Position numbers and translations under genes: made by a program. A stretch of 64,000 bases of DNA, from NCBI GenBank assembly GCA_964247055.1, contig OZ176059.1, forward strand, positions 2,852,001 to 2,916,000, given 5' to 3'. Origin of the DNA: Paragordius varius. Lineage: Eukaryota > Animalia > Nematomorpha. The notes under the pieces are model-generated. The model saw nothing but the letters and a program-made list of their open reading frames with translations. It was not told the DNA's origin and did no database searches. The number at the start of each line of letters is the position of its first letter. Within the stretch, counting starts at the first letter, position 1. Of this stretch, positions 52,159 to 64,000 are shown one piece after another.

Positions 52159-52989
52159 TGAGATACTCCAGCTGGATAAACCAACTAACGTGGTTTAAAG
52201 CAAACATTCATCTCATCAGTATCTGTAATCATTTTCAATTAAATATTTATTATTCCACCTTTTAATTATATAAAGCCTTACAGCATGAACTTATACTATA
52301 ACTAATATAATGTCTTCCAATATTTTATTTACAAATGCGCTAATATAATCCTAGCTGATTCCCTTATTGAGTTATATTACTTGAGCTTTTTTCAATGGAT
52401 CTCTAAGTAGAGCTTAGATTCCAAATACGCTGCTAAATTAAAGTGTTATGAATAAACTGTAATTTTATATAAAATAATTAATAGCCAATCATTTTCTTTA
52501 GATGCATCAGGGAAACTAAGTTTATATCTGTTTTTTGCACATAGGTAGAGGCATTTACTGAGATATTGTCAATCACAAAAAATGGCACGAGCATTAATCG
52601 GGAAATTCGTATAATAGAGATTTAAACCGTCTGCTATTAAAATAACAGGTTTACCACCGGCTATATATCTAGTTTAAAAAATGTCGTTTATTTAAGTTTA
52701 AAAGGAACATTTATATTTTTTTAGGTATGCGCCTATGATAGCCAAACGGTGCGTTTTTTGCCTAGCCCAAGTGCCCATAACTACAGAATCGGGGGTCACA
52801 AAAATATATTTCTAGATATAATAATTATATGCTGTTGAAAAATTATATTAGTTAACCTGGTTAATTCTCATGCCCCAATTAAAAAAATTATTCCACTTTG
52901 ATGGCAACTGCTTTGCATTGAATAATTACATGGTTCGTACACATTACACTGCGTCCAAAATTGGAAGGTATAAAAAAATAACCTTATAA

Positions 52990-53700
52990 TATATATATAT
53001 ATTCTGATGGAAAATGTATCAGGTTAATCATGATGGTTTTGGGTTAGGCACTTACGAGTGATTTTAGAAAGTTATTATACTTATGTGGTAAGTACTCCAT
53101 ATCAAAAAATGGCAAAATTTGCGCACATTTTCCAAAAATATCACTAAAATTAATAACTACATATAAAAAGAAAAGCAATATTTTAAATATTTTTTAGATG
53201 TGAACTCCAAAAGCCTTAAATTTTTTAGCTCTTTTGAAATGGACTGTTTCAAAATAAACGCAAAAACGCCGGAATTACGCAGGAAAAATTTATATGATAA
53301 AATTTTATATCAATTAAATATATTTAAAAAAAATGTATAAATTATAAAAAAATAACTTTTAGAAAAATTTTGTTAAAGCGTCGCAATCTAGGCATTTTTG
53401 CATTTATTTTAAGCGGACTTGCTGATTTTAGAAGAGCAAAAAATATTGGTACTTTTGGGGTTCACATCTAAAAATAATTTTTTTTAAAATATAATTTTAT
53501 TTATACCTAGCTTTATATTTAGTGATATTTTTTGGGGTGAGGCATCTAGCTTTCATCAAAAAAATGCGGGCAAATTTTGCCATTTTCCGATTTGAAACCC
53601 TCGCCAAAAAAGTGTATATATTTCTTATATCGTTTGTAAGGGTCAAAACCAAAATCACAATGATATCCTGATACGTTTTCTCATTAGAATATATATATAT
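52990..53700. mobile_element. Inverted-repeat element family G in (TA)n
   Basis: ATATATTCTGATGGAAAATGTATCAGG ... CCTGATACGTTTTCTCATTAGAATATAT; long imperfect arms. Confidence 0.7.
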
Positions 53701-55558
53701 TATCAGGTTATTATCTTGTGAAGACTGTGTTATCCTAATTTTTTATTGCTGTAAGCAAATGTTTCGTTTCACAAATATTAAAATGTATAATAAACTAAAT
53801 TTATCAAAAAAATATATTTATATTCAATTATAATTTTCATATGGGAGTTACCGGAGGTACCACATTAGTGGAATCACCTCAATATGGCTAGTTTAGCTTA
53901 AACGCAAAAGAACCAAGATTGTGCGATTTTTGAATGCTCGATAATAACACAAAAAAAAATTTAAAAAGTAAACTGTTTCGAAATTAAAACTTTGTCAAAT
54001 TTTATAGAAGCGTTTATGGACTTTGAGGCATGTGAAAACAGATCTCTTTAAGTTATTATAATACACATTTTTATATAATCTTATGACTAAAATTTTATTG
54101 TATTAGATCGATATAATTTTATAAATTTTAATGGTGTCTTTATCCTTTTGCGATATTTTTTACACAATCATTTCCTTAAGAAAGTATTGACAGATATGTA
54201 TTGGCCATATCTGTCATCTCTATGAAAAAAATATTTTTTACCAAGGAAGCTTTGTTCTGTTGATATGCCTCAATGAAACGGCACATATTGTTTTACTACC
54301 AGAAAACAAACCCTTTTTGGCTATCAAAACATCAATTATATTTTATAAAACATTTCATAACTTTATATCCTAAAACTTTAGTTCAAGAAAATTTTAATTC
54401 CGAGTGGTATCCAAATCTAAAGCATATCTGAAAAATTGACTTGATCCAAACATAACTGTTTGTAAATTTATAGTAAGCGCCTATATATTCAGCAAATAAT
54501 TATAAAAATCTGGTTATCTTTATGCTTCTTGTTTAAAAAATTGGATGTATTTTAAAACAGCTAATTATAATTTTTACGTTAAGGAACCAAACTATCCGAT
54601 TAAAGACAAAAGTAGCATACATAAATATTTAAATAAAATCAACCTTAACTTTTTACCTTACAATCAATGTGTTTAAGAATTAGCCATAGATATAATTAAT
54701 TGGTATAAGACATGAGTACCGTAAAAATATAAAATGTTTTTATATATATAACTCCTTTTGGAAAATGTTTTAAACAATTATATTTTATGCAAGCATTAGC
54801 TTAAATTTGTTTTACCTGTCAATAGTTTTAAAAAAAACATATTATTATTATCCGTTTTTATTATTAGATAATAAGCGGTTTTATAAAAAATGGGAAGTAA
54901 ATTAAATTTTACCGCCATAATGAAATTTAAATATAATGTAATAGAGATTTTTAAAATTATTAATGGTACTTTATTGAAAAAGATTTATTAACACATACGC
55001 AATTTATATTGATGTTGATAATACAACAATATCTCAAATTTGCTTTTGAGAACATGTAAACGTGTTACAGTACGGCCAAAATTTCCATTGTAATTGATTA
55101 CAAAAATTTGGCCTAGACAATGAATTAAAAATAATCAATACCTATTTTATACATTTATGATTTAATTATATAGATTTTAAATTAATATGTGAACACTGAT
55201 ATTTGTCTAGTGGTTTGCTAAACTGCTAAATAGTGATCGTTTCCCAGACAAAAACTAGTTGTTGAAGCAACGCTTAAGTCAAATTTATAAATTTTACATT
55301 GAAATTTCAATAAAGTTATAAATTATAATGATATTTTATCTAAATATTTATTATATAATTTAAAACACATGCTTAATTTTTTATCATGTGATTACAGTGG
55401 TCCAATCGTGTTAGATCGTTTACTCTAAAATTTATGCGTATTGTATAATAATACAAATGTCAAAAATATACACATATAAAAATTTTTAAATGTTCAATTT
55501 TACAATCGTTTTGCATAGTAAAAAGATCCAATATGCGTTTCCAACAAAGTGGTATGAA

Positions 55559-56167
55559 TTATACCGGTGACATCGTCGTTGTGGCATTCGTAACAGCAGC
55601 CGTTGTTGTAGTAGCAACGGTTATTGTAGTAGATGCGCTAGAGGAAGCAGTTGAGCTCATCGATAGGCTAGCGGTCGATGTGACACTTGTCGAGCTGACC
55701 GTTGAAGGGGTCGTAACCACCGCTGAGGACAGACTGGTTAAGGTAGTTAAAGTTTGTGCCGATAGGGTTATAACTGTCACTGCGTTATTTGGCAACGGTG
55801 GCCTTATCCGTGAAACACGGGGAAGAAACGAGACCCGTGGAGTCCTTCGTTGCAAACGAGTAACACGGGTATAAGCGGTCCGACCTGTTCGCCTTGTTCT
55901 GGCCGTTCTAGCAGTACGGAACACCGGTCTTAAAGTAGCCGCAGGTCTCCTTCGACGTGGTAATGGGCGTCGCGGTTTATTTCTCACCACCCCAATGGTG
56001 GATGATGGTTTGGATCTAACAGAAATTCTTGAACGCATTGTTTTAACTGTGGGTGCAGTTACGGAACATAGAGGTTTGCATCTATATGGATTACCAGGAC
56101 ACCGGTTGGCTGCTGGGAAACACACTATGTATGCGTAAAAGATAGTAGTAAATTGTAACAACTGCAT
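55559..56167 (-). CDS. Putative secreted Arg-rich/Ser-Thr mucin-like protein 1 (202 aa)
   Basis: GC-elevated single ORF: hydrophobic N-terminus, RCPGNPYRCKPLC motif, Arg/Pro-rich middle, Ser/Thr/Ala tail; paralog at 63468. Confidence 0.85.
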   Translation of the reverse strand: MQLLQFTTIFYAYIVCFPAANRCPGNPYRCKPLCSVTAPTVKTMRSRISVRSKPSSTIGVVRNKPRRPLPRRRRPAATLRPVFRTARTARTRRTGRTAYTRVTRLQRRTPRVSFLPRVSRIRPPLPNNAVTVITLSAQTLTTLTSLSSAVVTTPSTVSSTSVTSTASLSMSSTASSSASTTITVATTTTAAVTNATTTMSPV

Positions 56168-56949
56168 AATTATATAAAATTTTGTACGTCAAAAAGGGTG
56201 ATCAAAAGTTTAAGTGTGTATAAATCATTCGGTGGCTTATAATATAAAAAACAATTGTTCGTTTTCAGAATACTACTAAACATAAACAATGACATTGTTC
56301 GTATAATGAGTCAATTAAGATATGAATACCGATACTGACTGATCGAATTATATTTTATATAAAAAACTATTCTAATTCAAATTTATGAAGCCTTACATAA
56401 AATTTGAAAACTCCAAGTTATAATTGCATATTTAGCTATTCTTTACTAAATTATTAAACTTTAAATTATTAAAAACGCTTTTTGAGCCTAACCCTTAATT
56501 ATATTCATTTTAAGATTTGCTTAAGAAATATTAATGCATAGTTTATAGAAGTGCCCCCCTGATATGGTTACCATATAATGTAATTACAGTAACGAGAGCT
56601 ATTAAAGGCCATATCCTTATTTTTATTGTCTAAAATGGGATTCAATTTACATGTCTTTTGGGTAATAAAATTTTTTTTATTAGTTATATTAAAATTATTG
56701 CTGACCAGTGCGAACAGACGTCATTGTATTTCTCCTTGTATAAAAATTAAAAATCTATTACATACCAAAGCCTAGTAAATTATAAATAAATATACCCTTT
56801 TAGACAATTAAATTATCAAAATGGCCAGTAATACTTCACGTATGTTACTGTACAAATATAGGATATATTTATGCTTACGCGCTTTTTGGGTTTCCGTAAT
56901 CCAAGCAAAACTGATTATAAGTAATACGATGATAATATATTTTTCCATA

Positions 56950-56952
<3 letters not shown>

Positions 56953-56991
<39 letters not shown>
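56953..56991. repeat. (TA)n microsatellite
   Basis: About 19 TA units; similar runs at about 5832-5858 and 32433-32468. Confidence 0.9.
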
Positions 56992-56994
<3 letters not shown>

Positions 56995-57899
56995 TAAGTA
57001 AGGAATTTCCTAATTACGAATTTATTCTACACCAACGTGATTGGCTAGGTACCAATTTTTAACCTTAAACAATATCATAGAATACACCATTTATTGATTG
57101 ATTATCGGTATATATGTATTTGAATAAAAATGTTCAAAAATTATATAAATATTATTCAACATTTTAAAATATCCGCCTCGAGATATAATTGTTTACGCCT
57201 GCCTGTCCTTATTGATAGCTAAAGTATGATAAGGGATACTAATATTATTACTGATGTCAATTTTAATCAAAAATTTGATTTTTTTATAAGAAAAAACAGA
57301 ACATGTTATCAAAATAAATTAGTAAATTAGAAGTATCATCATTTAATTATTTGGCCATAAGTTGCTAAAATTATACATGTGACCTACAAAAATTAAACTT
57401 GTTAAAGTGCTGATTTTGTATTTAAAAATAAATTTGAAATAACTTGAAATATTTTAAAATATAATAGTATTGATATACATTATCAATCTTCTTGACAAAT
57501 AAATTACCCCCATCATTGACTTCAATATAAAACAGATTTAAAGTACAAAGAAATTATAAAATATAAGTTATGTATATCCTTTTAATCATTTTCAAAAAAA
57601 GATCAATCTGCTAACCTTTCCGGCCAAATATTTTGAATGCCATTTTCCTAAATTTTTTTATTTAATGACCGCTTTTAAAGGACCCATTAAATTATTATTA
57701 TAAATACACATCGTTGATATTTGAAATTATAGTTTAGATTTCAAATATTATATAAAATCATATTTGTGTTATCGAATCGCATGGTTTTCCGTTTCAGTCA
57801 TCTATAAATTTATAAAAATGGAAAGTGGTGGCTTTGTGATCTGTTTCCGGAAAACCGGTAGAATTCGAATCCTAATGTCGAAAATATATATCATTAATG

Positions 57900-60720
57900 A
57901 ATGCCCCGACAATAGCTTCGCCTATTTTTTGAATTAGGCCCCCAGTTCGTGCCCACCCCGTGTGAAAAACGGGTTTTTTGAAAACACAAATCCACAAAAA
58001 TCATGTCTTTGAGACAATTTTCCGGAAAACGTGTTGGACAAGTCGATTTCAAATATAATTTTTTTTACTTTTTTTCGATGCGCCGAACATAGTCGGCTCG
58101 CCTCTTTAATTTAAGTCCTCTTTTTACACTCTCTTTCCGTAAAATGCCATTTTTTTTCTAAAAAACCAAGTCCACAAAAATGATTTTTTAAATCTATTTT
58201 TCGCCCAAGGTATGAGACCGTAAAAATTCAATGATCCAGGTATTCCCTGTTAAAAGGCTCGTGCGTTTTTTATATTAGCTGCTGGGTAAGGCGATACCCG
58301 CTAAAATCTGCCCCGTCATATCGAAATATTGTGCCTTTGGGACTAAATTTCGGAAAACCTATCAGGCCATATGAGTTTAATAGGTGCTTATTACCCGTAG
58401 CTAGGCAAAATTTTGGTCATGCAGTTTTTTAAAATTAGCCGTTAATTAGGTCATTCACGCCCTGAAAAATGCGCCATAATAGAATGATTTATCAGTTTTA
58501 GAAATTTTTCCAAAAACTAATGTAAGCATATGGAATCAATCATGTTTCAAGGTATTCTCCGGAAAAAGGCAACAATTTTAATCTAGCGCTTTTTTTGTAT
58601 CAGCCTCTGGGTATGGCTAAAACTGCGCCACCATATCAAAATTGCGTTGTTTAGGAGTTTATTTTCAGAAAACTTATCAGGCCATATAAGTTTTATAAGG
58701 GCCTGAAATATTACCCGTAAAAAGGCAAAAATATAAGTCGAGTGGTTTGATTAATTAGCCCTTAATTAGGCCCTTGTCCTGAAACCTTTTGGTCTTGAGG
58801 CAATTTTTCGAAAATCCTACGAGAGCATATGGGATCAGTCATGACTCCAGGTATTACCCGAATTAAGGCAAAAATAATCGAGCGTTTTTTTGTATCAGCC
58901 TCTCAGTAGGGAGCTACCCGCCTAAAACTGCGCCGCCATATAATTGCGTTGTTTAGGAGTTGATTTTCAAAGAACCTATTAGGCCATATAAGTTTAATGA
59001 GGCTGAATTATTACCCGTAAAAAGGCAAAAATTTAAGTAGAGCGGCTTTTTGAATTAGCCGTCAATGAGGCCCTTTACGCCCTAAAAATGTGCTATCATT
59101 CAACTATTATTTAGTTTTGAAGCCATTCCAAAAACCATTAAGAAAATATGGAATGAATGATGATTCCGGGCATTCTTCTATAAAAGCAAAAATTTGTATC
59201 GAACGTCTTTGTGATATTGGCCTCTGGATAGGGGTCTACCCGCCAACAACTGCGCCACCATATCGATACAGCGTGACTTTGGAAACAAATTTTAGTAAAC
59301 TTATCAGGCCATATTCAATAAGGGCTTAAAATATTAACCGTAAAAAGGCAAAAATTTAAGTAGAGTGGTTTTATTAAATTACCCCTTAATTAGACCCTTG
59401 CCCTGAAAAATGCACCACCATAGAATGACTTATTGGTTTTTTGGCAATTTTTCGAAAATGCTAAGAGAGGATACAGGTATACCATTTGCACTTCAATTAG
59501 TGTCCTTACTTCAAGTTGGTCCTTGAACATTTCAAGTTGGTCCTTGAACACTTCAAGTTGGTCCTTTGACTTTTTTGTTTTGTTTTTAACTATTATCAAT
59601 CAAAAATAATTCATCTATTTTATTGTTTTTAACCTATTTTCTATTATTTAACATTATTTTAAATCCATATCAACTTTTAATCTTTGAAAAAACGTATATC
59701 TTTATTAATTTTTTAAAATAATTTTGGATATTTATAAGATTTTAACACGAAATGAAAAAATATAAGTTTTCTGGGTTATTAATTAAAATTTTGCATTAAA
59801 AACATTTAAAAGTCAATAATTTTGTTCAATTGAAAAAAAATAGTTTGAAACAAAAAAGTGGTTTTTCAATAAAAAATTTTATTTTTAAATGAATAAATAT
59901 ATAATAAATATAGAAAATTAGGTTAATAAATAATTAAATTAAAAAATAAATGTAAAAATTATGGTTAATCAAAATTTATAAATTTTAAGGACCAACTTGA
60001 AGTGTTCAAGGACCAACTTGAACTGTTCAAGGACCAACTTGAAGTGTTCAAGGACACTCTTGAAGTGCAAATGGTATATTACCCGAATTAACGCAAAAAT
60101 TTTAATCGAGTGTTTTTTTGTTTCACCCCTGGTTAGGGGGCTATCCGCATAAAACTGGGTCACCATATCGATGCAGCATGCCTTTGGAGCCAAATTTCAG
60201 AAAATCTATGAGTCAAATAGGAACATATGGAATCCATGATAATTCCAGATATTCTTAATATAAAAACAATTGCCCAACGCTTTTTTTACCCTATGGGTAA
60301 GGAGCTACCCGCCAAAAACCGCGCCACTATATAGGAATTGCGTTGTTTTGGAACTAATTTACTGAAAATTCATAAAGCCATATGAGTTCAGTAAAAGCTT
60401 GAATTATTACCCGTAACTAGGTAAAAAAGGTCAGGCGTTTTTTATTAGCCATTAATTTGGGGCCTTTGGGCCCTAAAAATACGCCATCATGTAACGATTA
60501 TATAATGTTGAAGTATTTTTTCGAATAACCCATGAGACAATGGTATCAAAGATGATTCCAAAAATTTGCCCTATAAATAAGAATTGAACTTAGCGCTTTT
60601 TCCATATAGGTCTATAGGTAGGGTTCTACCGGTTTAAAACTGAGACGTCATACAAAAATGGCGTGGTTTTGGAGCAGATTAAAAAACTTAAGAAGCCATA
60701 GAACTTCAGTTAAACACATT
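57900..60720. repeat. Degenerate tandem repeat, period about 310-320 bp
   Basis: Recurring ordered blocks ATCAGGCCATA, TTATTACCCGTAA, AATTAGCC.TTAATTAGG and AAAACTGCGCCACCATAT at about 58360, 58680, 58980, 59300, 60380 and 60690. Boundaries approximate. Confidence 0.75.
59480..60076. mobile_element. MITE related to family A, with 21-bp subterminal repeats and TA TSD
   Basis: TA|TACCATTTGCACTTCAA ... TTGAAGTGCAAATGGTA|TA; the uninterrupted site CCAGGTATTACCCGAATT occurs in a neighbouring repeat unit (about 58849). Confidence 0.88.
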
Positions 60721-61055
60721 TCTGGGAGTTTATATAATATCATTCTCAAAAGGGACCAAAAATGAGTTACATTTTATATCCCTTGATCCCAGCTGTGTGA
60801 ACACAATTTTAAAATAAGACTTAACCATAATTTCGTAAACGAAAATCTTTAAATCCAATGATAGTTGAATATTAACTTTAATAAGGGACAGTTTAAATAT
60901 GGTCAATTTTGAGTAAACAATATTTAAGCCTATGCAAAAACCCGTAAAAGAATAATTAAAGACATTCTTTTTATTAAATATGTTTTTTATTATTTTATCT
61001 CCATTACCTCTATTTATTGTAAATTATTAAGAATAATAATTATCGGTGAGACTAC

Positions 61056-61085
61056 GTCACAGCGAAGCGTTACAGAGCCTGCTAG
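61056..61085 (+). mobile_element. Candidate Helitron 3' terminus
   Basis: Imperfect hairpin GTCAC-A-GC-GAA-GC-GTTAC, followed 8 nt later by CTAG|T. Confidence 0.4.
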
Positions 61086-62228
61086 TATATAATAAAAATA
61101 TTTTATAAACACTAAATAACATATTGAATCATTATAAGGGCAGAGAAAGTTCAAACATTTTTTTTTCCAATTAAATGGGTTCAATCCGATTTATAACCTC
61201 AATAAAGATATGCGTGTAAAAAAACGCTTTCCTTCAATCGAGTCCTCCAATGGTTTCAGTGTTGTCTAAAAACTTTGCCCTTTGTTGCCGTTTTATGATA
61301 TGATATCGAGTTTTATTCAGGTTATATGTATTCAAAAAGGTGGAATTTCTTGTCTTTAAATTAACAAAATATTTGCATTTATACATAATATGATGATATT
61401 TGGTGGATTATATTATTATGCTGAAAAAGAACAATATAATATGGAAACATATATTTAAGGTTACGTGTTAAAAAATAATAAGTTAATAATTTGAAATATA
61501 AATCAAAGAATATAGTGTTAATATTCCCAAAAATTATAAAACACAGATTAGTAGCCTTTGTAACGGTATATCCATATTCCATGGAGCATTTTTATTAACG
61601 TCACAGCCAATCATATTACTAAACTTTATTTAACTTTATTTTATAAAATTATCATTTTTATAATTAAATATCACATTAACTCTTCACATTATTTTTTGAA
61701 ATATTATACCCCAAATACATTTGAAATCTAATTGTTCGAAATCCTTCTTACAAAAAGTATGTATGTAAAATATTGGTGAGCCAAATATAAAATTATGCTT
61801 TCTTTGGCGGCATGCTTAAAATATTTTTTTAAAAAAATGCAGATTGTAACCCCTTACTTCAAACTTTTTTGTGATTTTTTTCTTTGGATTTTTTAAACGC
61901 TTTATAACGTTGAAATAAATTTATATTAAGGTTTAAAAATATTAATTATAATTAATTTGGGAAAACAGTTTTCAAAATTTATTTTATCATCAAATTTTTG
62001 ATATTATCGTAACAGATGTTTGTTTGAATCGTGTATTGGTGCTATCCCAATTTCGGGCTCTAGAGGTTAGAAAACTGTAAAAAATTTAAGCTTTTTATTA
62101 AATACAGGAGAAAAATGTTTAATATTTAAATTTTAATTAAAACATTTTACAAAACAGTTATATATATTTACAATAAATAACAAGGTAGAGCCGCCAAAAT
62201 CTGATGGACACCGAATTAACAATATTAA

Positions 62229-62756
62229 CACTCGGATACAACACATTCATTTTAGTCCTTCGATTTAATTGGGGTAGTTAAAATACCCCAGTCCTGTTTA
62301 AGATTAAATTCTTTAAAAAATATGGAAATGTCAAAATTTTGCACTTATATACCATTAATAAACCGAAATATATAAAATATTTTATTCAAAAAATTTGATA
62401 TTACTTATTTTAACCTAAAACCGAAAGGTCAAAATTTGGTCAACGTGATATGTGTGCAATGGTAAAATTGAAAAATAATACAAAATAAACAGCTTTTTCT
62501 ATTTCTATCAATGGTAGATGTAATTTAAATAAAAAATTTTTTGCATAAATTTTGTAAAAAATGGCGTCGAAGTAGTTTGAAATGGACCTTTTTTTTTCAA
62601 AACAAAATTTTATTTAGATATTTTGGCATATTTATATAAATTTTATTAGAATAGAAGCATAAATTTTAATTGGGACCGTTTTATTCAGTAGTTTTTTATA
62701 AATCCTAACTCAAATCTAGTCAGGGGTATTTAGATAACACAATTTGAATCTAAGTG
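62229..62756. mobile_element. MITE family B copy
   Basis: TTAA|CACTCGGATAC ... GAATCTAAGTG|TTAA. Confidence 0.82.
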
Positions 62757-63467
62757 TTAAATTGCAAAAAATTCAATGCAACCTATCATCCTAAAATATT
62801 GCAGAACACGTGATAAGGTAAAATGAAATTAAAGCAGCTATATAGGATTAAAATAAACCCAGTTTTTTAATTGGATTTCAAAAGACATTGCTTTGAATCC
62901 GAATAATGTGCCTAATCAAAGTATTTTATCAAATTTATTGCTACCAAAATCGAAAATCCATTTTACTTACAAGTGTATGCATTTTTTTTCCCTTATCAAT
63001 TAAAGGGATGTCTAAATTAAATATTTAAGTGGTCGAGCACAATTTGTGTCTAATATTTCAAAAACAATGTTCGAGCAATATTCAAGTGTAGTGTTCATAA
63101 AACAAAAATTCTTACAGAAAAATTGAGAGAATTACGCATTATATATTATGATTTTTATTAAAAATTAAGCTGAAATGTGTATCTTATAAAAATATAAATT
63201 CTAATTTTCTACTTTTATAGTAAAGGCTTTATCGATAAAATATTTTACCATAAAAGTCGAAAATTAAAATTTATATTTTTATAAGATACGCGTTTCAGCT
63301 ATATTTATAATAAAAAAATTTACATATCTACAGTTTGTATGGTTACAAAAATACATAATCATCATTTTATATACAATAATGACTCAAAAACAAGAGAGAG
63401 AATTAATACAAGAACGAATAAATCCATTTTTTACAATAAAATTGCCATATAATATATACAAAGAAGT

Positions 63468-64000
63468 TTATCCCATCGTTGAATTAGCAACGGTTGTTGT
63501 AGCCGTGCTTGCCGTGCTTGCAGTTGAAGCCGTTGTTGTGGTTAATGTCGTACTTGAGGCCGTTGACGTACTCGCTGTGCTAGAAGTTACAACAGGGGTG
63601 CTTGCTGTAGAAGACAAACTAGATAGTGTTGTAGTGGTCACTTGAGATGGAGTCGAATCTGTAATTGTGTAATACTCATACGAAACGGTCACGGCTGGCT
63701 GTATCCGTGAAACACGTGGTAGGAATGGGATTCTTTGTGTTCTACGCACAATTCTAACCGTTCTGCCTGTTCGAGCTGTTCTGACTGTTCTAGCGGTACG
63801 GAACACGGGACGCACAGTGGTTAGCGGCCGTCTCCTTCGTCTAGGCAAAGGCCGTGGATTATTTCTCACTACCACAATGATTGGTGGCAAGGATACGGGT
63901 AAAATCCTGACAGGAATTGGCGGGATTGTTCTAACCGTCGGTGCAGTTACTGAACAACTTGGTTTACATCGGTATGGATTACTAGGACACCGTTGAGCCA
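63468..64000 (-). CDS. Arg-rich/Ser-Thr mucin-like protein 2 (5' end outside the window)
   Basis: Frame open to the edge: AQRCPSNPYRCKPSCSVTAPTV...RNNPRPLPRRRRR...TASTATTTVANSTMG*; colinear with 55559-56167. Confidence 0.85.
   Translation of the reverse strand, partial: AQRCPSNPYRCKPSCSVTAPTVRTIPPIPVRILPVSLPPIIVVVRNNPRPLPRRRRRPLTTVRPVFRTARTVRTARTGRTVRIVRRTQRIPFLPRVSRIQPAVTVSYEYYTITDSTPSQVTTTTLSSLSSTASTPVVTSSTASTSTASSTTLTTTTASTASTASTATTTVANSTMG

Noticed and set aside
49480-52220. Other CTGATGA words on the minus strand (about 49485 and 52215) as further hammerheads
   Set aside because: No helix II followed by GAAA.
57820-57880. tRNA-like TTCGAATCC
   Set aside because: No cloverleaf: the T-arm and acceptor stems do not pair.
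59390-60193. ORFs with KDQLEVF and LEHFKLV repeats
   Set aside because: Translation of the 21-bp MITE subterminal repeats.
55533-63645. Val/Ala-rich plus-strand ORFs 55533-55874 and 63379-63645
   Set aside because: Antisense to Thr/Ser-rich codons of the mucin-like genes.

Overview
Very AT-rich eukaryotic (metazoan-type) genomic DNA, dense in transposons and satellites; no prokaryotic features. Genes: (1) a minus-strand Cdh1/Fizzy-related (FZR1-like) gene starting at 8680 and running off the left edge, with three 22-25 nt micro-introns and at least 944 aa before any WD40 domain; (2) an inverted pair of secreted LRR genes, 38704-40418 intact and 26670-28390 a pseudogene, plus two short paralogs sharing their promoter and signal-peptide exon; (3) an orphan ORF at 42137; (4) a complete 10-exon polypeptide GalNAc-transferase (43502-52158, minus); (5) two paralogous Arg-rich/Ser-Thr mucin-like genes. 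Non-genic content: four arrays of a 62-bp satellite, a 4.2-kb foldback palindrome, decayed hAT transposons and several MITE families. The most striking item is a 539-bp insertion with a 12-bp target-site duplication inside a hAT transposase relic. It carries a minimal type I hammerhead ribozyme (31818-31861) in a long hairpin and looks like a Penelope-like/retrozyme element. Micro-introns hint at a lineage with miniaturised introns (e.g. myxozoan, dicyemid, orthonectid); this is inference only. Gene models were built by eye from GT-AG sites and frame continuity; no database searches were run.
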